From Candidatus Latescibacterota bacterium (GTDB lineage Bacteria; Latescibacterota; UBA2968): a stretch of DNA of 64,000 nucleotides. The notes beneath the pieces were generated by a model that saw only the letters and a program-made list of their open reading frames with translations, ran no database searches and was not told the origin of the DNA. Every line of letters starts with the position of its first letter. The stretch's first letter is position 1. The position numbers were made by a program, and so were the translations under genes. Below are positions 1 to 8,548 of this stretch, piece by piece. The stretch spans positions 5,120,001 to 5,184,000 of the forward strand of contig OZ220741.1 in NCBI GenBank assembly GCA_965116885.1. Direction: 5' to 3'.

Positions 1-364
1 CCTGCTGTGCGGCCACGTTGGCCTGTGCCTGCTGAACTCTGTTGCGGTAGTCAGCGTCCTCAATGCGGAAGATAACCTGCCCTTTGCGAACGCGTCCGCC
101 ACTCTGAAAGGCCGGATCCACCCAAACAACCTTACCATTGATTTCGGCAGCGACATCTATCTCTGCGACAGGTCGAACCGTCCCGGCTCCGTACACGGGG
201 ATTGCACTGGCACCAGCCACTGCAGGAGTTGTGGTTACGAAGGGAATCTGGGTGGGAAGAGGCCGAAGTTCCGGCTCGGGCTTCAGCCAGACCATAAGGC
301 TGGCAAAAAACAAGGATGTGAGAAGAACGGCACCGGCCATGAGTAAGTTTCTTCCTCGATTCAT
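1..364 (-). CDS. RND efflux periplasmic adaptor (MFP) subunit, truncated by window edge
   Basis: Hand translation from ATG at 364: MNRGRNLLMAGAVLLTSLFFASLMVWLKPEP...GAGTVRPVAEIDVAAEINGKVVWVDPAFQSGGRVRKGQVIFRIEDADY. N-terminal TM plus lipoyl-like MFP motif; paralogous to 48553..49707. Not in the ORF track. Confidence 0.85.
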   Translation of the reverse strand, partial: MNRGRNLLMAGAVLLTSLFFASLMVWLKPEPELRPLPTQIPFVTTTPAVAGASAIPVYGAGTVRPVAEIDVAAEINGKVVWVDPAFQSGGRVRKGQVIFRIEDADYRNRVQQAQANVAAQQ

Positions 365-522
365 CTCTTTTCTCTTTTCAGTACAGGCTGATTCGATGTG
401 CGGCTTGGCATTGATAAGCCCCACAAAAAAGGGAATACTTATCCCCATACACCATAGCATACACTTTTACAAAATGCAAGAATTTTTAAATTTGATTAGT
501 ATTTAGAATATCTTGAGGTTTT

Positions 523-1965
523 TTATAGTTTTTGCAATGCGGTGTGGAAGGTCCAGAGACGCCATTGGGCATTGTCGAAATTTGAAAGTTTGATGCGTAT
601 TTCCGAAGGCCCAATGGGAAGTTCACATGGAATATGGTCAATGGCGAATCCATTGTCATGTTGCCCCGCGTGGATCTCTGCGCCATTGAGCCACACGCGG
701 ATCCAGTCGTCATACCCCACAACGAGAGTGTAAGCTCCCGCTTCAGGCGGAGTGATTTGTCCCACCGCATAAGCGGAGACATTGACGGGTTGGGTGCCCA
801 CATTGGTGCGTTTGCGACCTCGGAAGTAGCGCGTGAAATCGCACCAGCCGCGTTCTGAATCCGTTTGAATGGGCATAGAAAATGTGGCGGACGCACTCTC
901 GCCCATGTAGATATCAAAATCAGCAGTGTGCGTGTTGGGCCAATCGACGATGGAATTCTCTGCCCATTCAGGCCGATTGAAATCCTCGCGTGTATTGCAG
1001 CGAAAAGGTCCTGCGATTTGCCATTGATCTGGCGTGAGAATAGCTGGCGGGTCAACGGGATTGACATAGGCGTAGATAACGCTTTCCACATCATTCCCAC
1101 GAGACCCGAAACGAATAATTGCCGAGTGATCAAACCATATTGGATCGGGACCAAAAAAGCGGTACATCACCCCTTCGTAACCAGAGCCTCCCGCTGTGTG
1201 TTCAGTGCTCCGATGAATGTGCGGCGCACCGACCCAGTCGGTTTGTACCTTCCATATCCCAAAGCTCATATTAAAAATATCCTCTCCACCAATGCCGCGC
1301 AGGACATGGGGATCGCTTTCCCCATCGAGCAACCACAGGTCTCCACCGGTATGATACCAAGCATCAGCGCGATCTCTTACGACCACGCCTTTGACCATGC
1401 CCGCGATAAATCCATTGCCCGAATAGTCAGCCATCAGCATACTGCCCAGCGATTGAGCGGGATATTCGCCACGGTGTGTGACGTGGAGGCGCAATGGAGT
1501 TAATTCGGTATTGGCATACGACGCCCAATCGGCCATGAACCAGAGCGGAATCGCGTGATCGCTATTATTTATAATTTCGAGACGCAGCGATTTGAAAGGG
1601 ATGGGCAAATAACAATTGAGCGCGTTTTTGGGAAGGATTTTGATAGCCGCGCTATCAATGGGATAAATATCGTGTTCGAAGAGAATGGCAAAAAAACGAG
1701 CGATGGGGAGATCGACAGTGGGATCGTCCTCCCCATCGCAATAGAGGCGGAGTTGCAAATCGTGGATGGGATCGCGCGCATCGCCTTCGCGCTTATACCC
1801 ATAAGTGAGCCACCAGTGATGGATACACCCTGGACCTTCTTCATCAAAGAGAACTGCCGTTTCGCCAGGCGCAACATTGGGACGACGGGTAACGCGTTGA
1901 CTTTTGCCGCGAATGGGCAATTCGAGCTCTGCGTGAAAAAGGCGATTCATCACTGAATTTTTCAA
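523..1965 (-). CDS. DUF2961 (GH172-like) protein with C-terminal beta-sandwich extension
   Basis: Motifs EGPGCIHHWWLT, LRLYCDGEDDP, NCYLPIPF, GIGGEDIFN, YRFFGPDPIWF typical of DUF2961. Start is TTG 1965 or ATG 1950. Confidence 0.75.
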   Translation of the reverse strand: MKNSVMNRLFHAELELPIRGKSQRVTRRPNVAPGETAVLFDEEGPGCIHHWWLTYGYKREGDARDPIHDLQLRLYCDGEDDPTVDLPIARFFAILFEHDIYPIDSAAIKILPKNALNCYLPIPFKSLRLEIINNSDHAIPLWFMADWASYANTELTPLRLHVTHRGEYPAQSLGSMLMADYSGNGFIAGMVKGVVVRDRADAWYHTGGDLWLLDGESDPHVLRGIGGEDIFNMSFGIWKVQTDWVGAPHIHRSTEHTAGGSGYEGVMYRFFGPDPIWFDHSAIIRFGSRGNDVESVIYAYVNPVDPPAILTPDQWQIAGPFRCNTREDFNRPEWAENSIVDWPNTHTADFDIYMGESASATFSMPIQTDSERGWCDFTRYFRGRKRTNVGTQPVNVSAYAVGQITPPEAGAYTLVVGYDDWIRVWLNGAEIHAGQHDNGFAIDHIPCELPIGPSEIRIKLSNFDNAQWRLWTFHTALQKL

Positions 1966-2066
1966 TCAGATTTGTGTTCCGAAGAAATAACAATAAAACC
2001 AATGACGAACAGAGTCACTATAAACGTCATAAACAGAACCATACCAATAGGAATACCACCAATCAT
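1962..2066 (-). CDS. 34-aa single-pass membrane microprotein
   Basis: AAGGAG SD upstream of ATG; MIGGIPIGMVLFMTFIVTLFVIGFIVISSEHKSD; its TGA overlaps the TTG start of the downstream gene. Confidence 0.65.
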   Translation of the reverse strand: MIGGIPIGMVLFMTFIVTLFVIGFIVISSEHKSD

Positions 2067-2107
2067 TGTGTGTCTCCTTTGGGCTTAATGAATTTTAGAG
2101 AATCCCC

Positions 2108-3832
2108 TTACGCGGTGAAGAAAGCGACCACGGTCCAGCAAATTGCAGCGAGGCCAGCGGCAATGGAGGCTTGCGGAATTTGCGTTTTGACGTGATCCAT
2201 CAGGTCGCAACCCGTACACATAGAACTGAGCACCGTAGTATCTGAAATAGGCGAGCACTGATCGCCGTAAACGCTACCATCAATAACAGCGGCAAAACAC
2301 AGCGTCATAAATAGTTCGGGGTGTGACAGGCCATTTGCCGTGGCAACCGCCCAGGCCAGTGGCATAGCCAGTGGAAAAGCAACCGCATACGTGCCCCAAC
2401 TCGTACCTGTGGAAAAGGCAATCGACATCGTGAGAAGCTGGAGCAAAACCGGCAAAATGAAATATGGAATGGTATCCCCGAGTTGCTCGACCAAAAAGAT
2501 GCCCCCACCCGTTTCTTTACTGATGCCACCAATAGTAATAGCCAGCAAGAGAATAACCGAGCCGAGCACCACGCCTTTGAGACCATCGTGAAATCCCGAG
2601 ACAATATCCTTAAGCGACATGCCCTTGGCAAGAGCCATACCCACGGCTAAAAGAAGCGCGATGCCAAAAGCCCATTGCACATTCGGAGATCCGCTGATAA
2701 TAAAAGTCCCGATAGCAATGGCGATAAGCGCGCCCAGAGGCAGGAAAAATTCGAGAACATGCGGCGTGTAGCCTTCGGGCACATTGCTTCCCTGCAGTTC
2801 TTTGGCACTCAAAGGATCGGCATCGTCGGCGTCGAGTTGCCCCGTCTCTCGAGAGCGCTGCATAGCTTCCTTGAGTTGCTTGCCCAAAAAGAGAGGTTTT
2901 TCAATACTGAGCAAGAACGTGCCCAACACGGCGAAAATGGCGTAGAAGCAGAAGGGAACACTCTTAAAAAAGAAGAGAAGACGGTCGGCTTCGGTAGCTA
3001 AAAAACTGACGCCAGCGACAAAAATAAAAGCCTGAACATAGCCGGGCCAGGCATTGAAAGCGAGTTGTGAAGCAATCGGTGAAGCGGTCGAATCGACGAT
3101 GTACGCAAGTTCTTCGTGGCTGATTTTTTCCTCGTCGGCAATGGGTTTGACAGTTGTACCGACCAGCACTGTACTGACAGTGCCGCCCTGAAAAAAGATG
3201 ACACCGAGCATCCAGGCGACGAGCTTGGCACTCTTGGGACCGCGCACAAAACGCACAGTCATAAATTCGGCAAAAGCTTGCGCTGCACCCGTGCGCGACC
3301 ATATCCCCATAAGCCCACCCAGGAGCCACAAATAGAGCAATAATATACTCGCGGCATTTGTCGTTGATAATGAGGGAATTAAAACCTCGCCCGTAAAGTC
3401 ATATCGCGTCAAAATAAGCGCGCCCGAAATAATACCGCCCAACAGAGCTGTAACGGGTTCTTTGGTAATCCAGCACAATAGCACGGCCACTATCGCCGGC
3501 AGCAGTGACCAGTAGCCCCAGTGGTGTTTTGCAAGAAGCTGTTTGTATTTTGTTTCTCCGTTTTCCACGAATGAGACAAATTCCTCTTTGATGGGAGGCG
3601 TTTCATTCGAGCCGTGTATCCTTGAGGGATTGAGTTCGGCTTGTTCAATCGGCACCGCATCGAAATAGGCGGGTTTGCCTCTGTAGATGTAATACAGATT
3701 GCCGCTATCGTCTGTGAGCGCGTGTAAGGTAATTTGTTCAACGGTCCATGTGGGCGGCACAGTTGACCCCACAATCCACGATACAATTATGGCAACGACA
3801 AAAATGACAAAATTGCGAATACCTGTAGGCAT
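2108..3832 (-). CDS. Na+/H+ antiporter NhaC-family membrane transporter
   Basis: Polytopic; motifs [45 protein letters not shown]. Start set at ATG 3832 after GGAGGGAG SD. Confidence 0.85.
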   Translation of the reverse strand: MPTGIRNFVIFVVAIIVSWIVGSTVPPTWTVEQITLHALTDDSGNLYYIYRGKPAYFDAVPIEQAELNPSRIHGSNETPPIKEEFVSFVENGETKYKQLLAKHHWGYWSLLPAIVAVLLCWITKEPVTALLGGIISGALILTRYDFTGEVLIPSLSTTNAASILLLYLWLLGGLMGIWSRTGAAQAFAEFMTVRFVRGPKSAKLVAWMLGVIFFQGGTVSTVLVGTTVKPIADEEKISHEELAYIVDSTASPIASQLAFNAWPGYVQAFIFVAGVSFLATEADRLLFFFKSVPFCFYAIFAVLGTFLLSIEKPLFLGKQLKEAMQRSRETGQLDADDADPLSAKELQGSNVPEGYTPHVLEFFLPLGALIAIAIGTFIISGSPNVQWAFGIALLLAVGMALAKGMSLKDIVSGFHDGLKGVVLGSVILLLAITIGGISKETGGGIFLVEQLGDTIPYFILPVLLQLLTMSIAFSTGTSWGTYAVAFPLAMPLAWAVATANGLSHPELFMTLCFAAVIDGSVYGDQCSPISDTTVLSSMCTGCDLMDHVKTQIPQASIAAGLAAICWTVVAFFTA

Positions 3833-3954
3833 ATACTCCCTCCAGAATAAGGATATAAAAAATGCGACGAGAAGGCGCCCCAAAATAAGGCGGTAAAATG
3901 TACTTGTCAATTGCTTTGACGCGGGATGAACATAGAAAAATGGGATAAAACAAG

Positions 3955-3982
3955 TTGACTTTGTACATAAGTTTGTTACATT
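3955..3982 (+). promoter_or_regulatory. Putative sigma70 promoter for the zinc-ribbon microprotein/tsaD region
   Basis: TTGACT-N16-TACATT. Confidence 0.45.
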
Positions 3983-4085
3983 ATCTTTAAATTTACCCCT
4001 TGGCCATGACCACCCCTATTTATGGCCGAAAGGGTTGTGTGCATGGCGAGATTTTTTTAAAGACGCCAGTGGCGAGGAGGGTTTT

Positions 4086-4277
4086 ATGGAGCAAGCGTTT
4101 CCACAGTGTTTGAAGTGCAACACGGGTATTTTGCTACCGCTGTCGGATTATGGGCGCGATGGGGCATCTATCATGTACAAAGCATGGGTATGCAACAATC
4201 CCAACTGCGGATTTAATTTGCGGATTGACAACGGTGAAATTAGCACGGGCCGGGATATTACCGAGTCCTACAAGTAG
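4086..4277 (+). CDS. 63-aa Cys4 zinc-ribbon protein, function unknown
   Basis: GAGGAGG SD; CLKC...CNNPNC; followed by hairpin TTTCGGTGGGG-TATT-CCTCACCGAAA. Confidence 0.8.
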   Translation: MEQAFPQCLKCNTGILLPLSDYGRDGASIMYKAWVCNNPNCGFNLRIDNGEISTGRDITESYK

Positions 4278-4439
4278 AGCTCCCATTTCGGTGGGGTATT
4301 CCTCACCGAAATGGTTGTTTTTTCCCTCACCGGTTTGCCGTTTCACCTTCTCCCAAAAAGGGCGGCACCGGTTTCTTTCTTTTTTCCCCTTCGTATGCCG
4401 ATACACTCCCCTTAATTTTCCAACAACTGATACATACTT

Positions 4440-5489
4440 ATGAGCATTTCTGATCGGCCCATTTTAGGTATTGAAACATCCTGCGACGAAACTGCAGCTG
4501 CCGTGGTAGCCGATGGACATATCTATTCCAACACAATTTTTTCCCAAACAGAACACAGCCTCTACGGCGGCGTGGTGCCCGAATTGGCATCTCGCAACCA
4601 CATACGAACACTCCTGCCCGTCGTCGATCGGGCACTTTCAGAAGCCGACCTGAAACTGGACGACTTAGGTGGTATTGCTGTGACCCAGGGACCCGGCCTG
4701 GTGGGTTGCCTGCTTGTGGGCATTTCCGTGGGCAAAGGGCTTGCACTCGGTTCGGGGTTGCCCCTTGTGGGTGTGCATCACATCGAAGGACATTTATTTG
4801 CAGGCAGTATGGCGCATCCCGACCTGGTGCCGCCTTTTATGGCACTGGTGGCTTCGGGAGGGCATACGGAATTGATTTATGTCTGTGCATGGGGTAATTA
4901 CGAGCGTTGGGGACGCACGCGCGACGATGCCGCAGGTGAAGCATTTGATAAAGTGGCTAAAATACTGGGGCTATTGCGCGAAGGGGAGGTCACCATGGGC
5001 GGACCGCGTATTTCGATGCTTGCCGAAGAGGGAAATCCCGATGCCTTTGATTTTCCGCGTGCAATGATCAACGATCCGGGATTTGATTTTAGTTTTAGCG
5101 GGTTAAAAACGTCTGTACTCTATCGGATTCGCGATCTCGCCGTAGAGGATATTGAAGCTATCGGAGCAAATATTGCGGCGAGTTTTCAGGCGGCTGTAGT
5201 CGATGTGCTGGTGGATAAGACAATCAGAGCAGCGCGGGAAGCAGGTACAGAGCGGGTATTGCTTTCGGGTGGAGTCGCCGCCAACCGCGCGCTACGGGCG
5301 CAACTCGATGGCAGAGCCTCCAAACTTGGGATGGGTGTATTTTATCCGCCGACAGCCCTGTGTACAGATAATGCGGCGATGATTGCTGGCGCAGGTGCTT
5401 TTCGCCTGGCCCGAGGTGAAGTTGCCAGAGGTAATTTGAATGCGGCCCCGCGGTTACCGCTGCCTGGATTGCGCGAGCGGCAGGTATAA
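4440..5489 (+). CDS. tsaD: tRNA N6-adenosine threonylcarbamoyltransferase
   Basis: ILGIETSCDETA, YGGVVPELASRNH, HHIEGH, SGGHT, DDAAGEAFDK, FSFSGLKT, CTDNAAMI. Confidence 0.97.
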   Translation: MSISDRPILGIETSCDETAAAVVADGHIYSNTIFSQTEHSLYGGVVPELASRNHIRTLLPVVDRALSEADLKLDDLGGIAVTQGPGLVGCLLVGISVGKGLALGSGLPLVGVHHIEGHLFAGSMAHPDLVPPFMALVASGGHTELIYVCAWGNYERWGRTRDDAAGEAFDKVAKILGLLREGEVTMGGPRISMLAEEGNPDAFDFPRAMINDPGFDFSFSGLKTSVLYRIRDLAVEDIEAIGANIAASFQAAVVDVLVDKTIRAAREAGTERVLLSGGVAANRALRAQLDGRASKLGMGVFYPPTALCTDNAAMIAGAGAFRLARGEVARGNLNAAPRLPLPGLRERQV

Positions 5490-5491
5490 CA

Positions 5492-7636
5492 ATGCTGCGC
5501 GATATTGGGTTTTCCATCTCAGACGGATGGCTGCTATTACTCGTTGGCTGCGCCGGGATTTATCTCGCTTTTTTAATGTATCGCTCGCGCCTTACGGGCA
5601 TACATCAATTGTTGTTGAGCTTACGCGTCGCGGCACTCGTTTTGTTAATAGGCCTTTTAATAGAACCGATTCTTTCGCTGACGTTGCACACGCAGCGTTT
5701 GCCTTTAGTCGCCGTGCTCATCGACGATAGCGAAAGCATGAAAATTGCAGATGGCGATACCGCGCGTTTTGAAGTTGCAAAAGCCGTGCTGACCGATCCC
5801 ACACTCAAAAATTTGCGCGCGCGCGCACGGGTGATGCAGTTTCGGTTTGCCGATGTTTTAACGCCCCTGCGAGATAAAGAAGAACTTACCTGGGCGGGAC
5901 GAGCGACTGATCTGGCAGGTGCATTAGATGGATTGCGCGAGCGTACAATGGGTGAAGGGCTTGCTGCAGTAGTGCTCATCTCAGACGGCGGACAAAATTT
6001 GGGTGGGCGCCCCGAGCGGGCAGCGGTCGATCTGGGCGCGCCTGTACTCGCGGTGGGAACAGGTGACCCGGTTCCCCCTAAAGACGTGTCCATTGTATCG
6101 GTGGTTATCGATCCTCTGGGCTATGTGGGCAGGTCGCTTGTGATGCAAGTCCGCGTGCTTTCTTCCGGATTTGAACGGGTGCGCGAGCAGGTGCGCGTGC
6201 TCTTGAATAATCGGGAAGTGAGTGCCAAAACCATTGCGCTGGCCGATGGCGAACAGACCCTTGAATTTGAGATTAGACCCGAGCGATCCGGGCGGCATGC
6301 ATTTTCAGTACAGATTGCGGCACAGGCAGGTGAGCGCACAGTGGGTAACAACCGCGTAGTAGCCTCGACTGATGTGCTCGAAAGTCGCGTGAGAATTTTA
6401 ATACTTGCAGGCAGTCCGAGTGCCGATCTGGGCTATTTGCGACGCGTACTGCAGGAAGATGTCAATCTGGAAGTTGAAGTGCTGGTACGCACATTGACGG
6501 CCGGGTGGCAAAAAGATGTGCATCGCGCGTTGCGCTCATTGGACGAGCGCGATATTGTCGCGTTGATCAACGCGCCCTACGAAGTACTTGCAGGTCTGCC
6601 AGAGCAGGCACTTGTCGCCTTTGTGCAAAAAGGCGGGGGACTGTTGACCCTGGGGGGCAATGCCGCTTTTGGTGATGGGTATGCGCGCTCGGCATTGGCC
6701 GATGTTTTGCCCGTGCAGTTTTTGGGATCGTCAGACACATTTCAAGAACGCGCTTTTGCCCTTTCGTTTCCCGATTCTCGCCACCCCATCTTGCGCGTAT
6801 CCGACGATCCACTAAGCGACCGCGATGCCTGGGAGGCATTGCCGCCACTTCTGTCTTATAATCGCGTGGGAACTGCTGTTCCCAACGCAACTGTATTAGC
6901 GCATCATCCCACAGAGCGCATTGATGGTAAATCAATGCCCTTACTGGCAATTCGCCGCGTAGGCGCGGGAAAAACTGCGGCTGTAGCGTATCAAACATTT
7001 TGGCGTCACGGGCTGATGATGTGGGGCGATGGCAAGACCGATGCCGTGGCACGCGCATTTTGGAAAAATATGGTGCGCTGGCTGGTCACGCGCGACGAGG
7101 TCTCACGTCTAAAAATCATGACTGAAAAGCCTGCGTATCGAAGCGGTGAGGCAGTCGCGGTACATGCAAGCGTTTTTGACCGTCTATTGCAGCCGCGTCC
7201 AGGCGCGCGGGTTCTCGCGCGAGTCGGCGACAGCCTGGGGGTAAGAGAAGTTCTCCTGCGTGATTTGGGCGGTGGACGGTATGCTGGCAATTTGGGACGT
7301 TTCCCACAAGGCGATTACGAGCTTCAAGTACAGGCACGGGCCGATGATGGTGATCTGGGTACGGGTATGGGGCGTTTTACTGTGGGAAGATACAGCCTGG
7401 AATACGAAACCGTGCGCATGCGCGCCGAACTGCTCGGCGATATTGCTACGCGCAGTGGCGGGCAATATGTGAGACCGGGTGATCTGAAGACGGCGCTCGA
7501 TTCGCTTATTCTGGCTCCTGAGCCTGTTATCACCCACCACCGGTTCAGGTTGTGGGGGCATGAGTGGCCGCTATTTTTGCTGGTAGGGCTGCTGGTATTT
7601 GAATGGACTATTCGACGAAGATTGGGGATGATATAA
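5492..7636 (+). CDS. Membrane-anchored VWA-domain protein with Ig-like and class-I GATase-like domains
   Basis: N-terminal TMs, MIDAS-like DDSESM, VVLISDG, FVQKGGGLLTLGG, C-terminal TM ending EWTIRRRLGMI. Confidence 0.75.
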   Translation: MLRDIGFSISDGWLLLLVGCAGIYLAFLMYRSRLTGIHQLLLSLRVAALVLLIGLLIEPILSLTLHTQRLPLVAVLIDDSESMKIADGDTARFEVAKAVLTDPTLKNLRARARVMQFRFADVLTPLRDKEELTWAGRATDLAGALDGLRERTMGEGLAAVVLISDGGQNLGGRPERAAVDLGAPVLAVGTGDPVPPKDVSIVSVVIDPLGYVGRSLVMQVRVLSSGFERVREQVRVLLNNREVSAKTIALADGEQTLEFEIRPERSGRHAFSVQIAAQAGERTVGNNRVVASTDVLESRVRILILAGSPSADLGYLRRVLQEDVNLEVEVLVRTLTAGWQKDVHRALRSLDERDIVALINAPYEVLAGLPEQALVAFVQKGGGLLTLGGNAAFGDGYARSALADVLPVQFLGSSDTFQERAFALSFPDSRHPILRVSDDPLSDRDAWEALPPLLSYNRVGTAVPNATVLAHHPTERIDGKSMPLLAIRRVGAGKTAAVAYQTFWRHGLMMWGDGKTDAVARAFWKNMVRWLVTRDEVSRLKIMTEKPAYRSGEAVAVHASVFDRLLQPRPGARVLARVGDSLGVREVLLRDLGGGRYAGNLGRFPQGDYELQVQARADDGDLGTGMGRFTVGRYSLEYETVRMRAELLGDIATRSGGQYVRPGDLKTALDSLILAPEPVITHHRFRLWGHEWPLFLLVGLLVFEWTIRRRLGMI

Positions 7637-8493
7637 TGGGTAGAATACAGAATTTAGCAAACAAAATGTACTCAGTAGTTCTCGCATTGTTTTGCTGTAC
7701 GACCCTGCTGACTGTGGAAGTCTCCGCACAGGTGATGATCAACGAAGTGATGGCACGACCCGTCGATGGGCCAGAGTGGGTAGAGCTGTACAACCGTTCG
7801 TCAGACGCAGTTCATCTATCCGGGTGGACGCTATCCGATTTGCGAACAACGGGACAATTTAAAGCAGGTGCAGTCATTGATGGCGGAGGATATGTGATTG
7901 TCGCAGAGGACGTAGATGCTATTGGCCTGCAATTCCCCAACCTCGATGTTCCCATCTTGTCGCTTACCCGCTGGCCCCGGCTAAATAATGGAGGCGATGG
8001 CCTTATTTTGCGCGATGCGATGGCAACACTTGTCGATAGTATCTTTTATCCAGCGCAAGAGGCTTCTATAAGTCTGGAACGCATTGATCTCACTGTAGCA
8101 GGCGATCAGGACAACTGGCTCGACAGCCAGGATCCGAGGGGGGCGACCCCTGGGGCTGCAAATAGCGTTCAGTTTAACGACGACATAGCGGAGTTATCTG
8201 TGGCGGTTGCCCCCAATCCCTTTGTCGATCAAGTCGCCATTACATATCGGGTGCCCTCCCCCAGACTCCACGCAAATTTGTGGGTGTTTGACCGCACGGG
8301 TAGGCGCGTGGCATCCTTACTTGAAAGTGTTGGAAGTGGCAGTCAGCGCGTTGTAAATTGGGATGGGAGCGACGATAATGGACAAATTTTGAAGCCAGGT
8401 ATTTATGTTATCTATCTGGAAGTTGGCACGCCAGAAGGCAAATTATTCCGCGCCCGAAAGCCCGTGGTGCTGGCAAGAGGAATAAGTCAATAA
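7636..8493 (+). CDS. Secreted lamin-tail-domain protein with C-terminal FlgD-Ig/T9SS-like domain
   Basis: Signal peptide; INEVM..EWVELYN..LSGW..LNNGGD (LTD); APNPF..WDGSDDNG..PGIYVIYL (FlgD_ig). Start overlaps upstream stop. Confidence 0.75.
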   Translation: MGRIQNLANKMYSVVLALFCCTTLLTVEVSAQVMINEVMARPVDGPEWVELYNRSSDAVHLSGWTLSDLRTTGQFKAGAVIDGGGYVIVAEDVDAIGLQFPNLDVPILSLTRWPRLNNGGDGLILRDAMATLVDSIFYPAQEASISLERIDLTVAGDQDNWLDSQDPRGATPGAANSVQFNDDIAELSVAVAPNPFVDQVAITYRVPSPRLHANLWVFDRTGRRVASLLESVGSGSQRVVNWDGSDDNGQILKPGIYVIYLEVGTPEGKLFRARKPVVLARGISQ

Positions 8494-8548
8494 AACCGAT
8501 GTCCCCACATCGGATATATTCTCCCCTTTGATGCTGTGAGGAACAGAT

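Noticed and set aside
486..1503. Long alternative-frame ORFs (222 aa, 212 aa) and similar antisense ORFs across the window
   Set aside because: They overlap well-supported genes and show no recognisable motifs.
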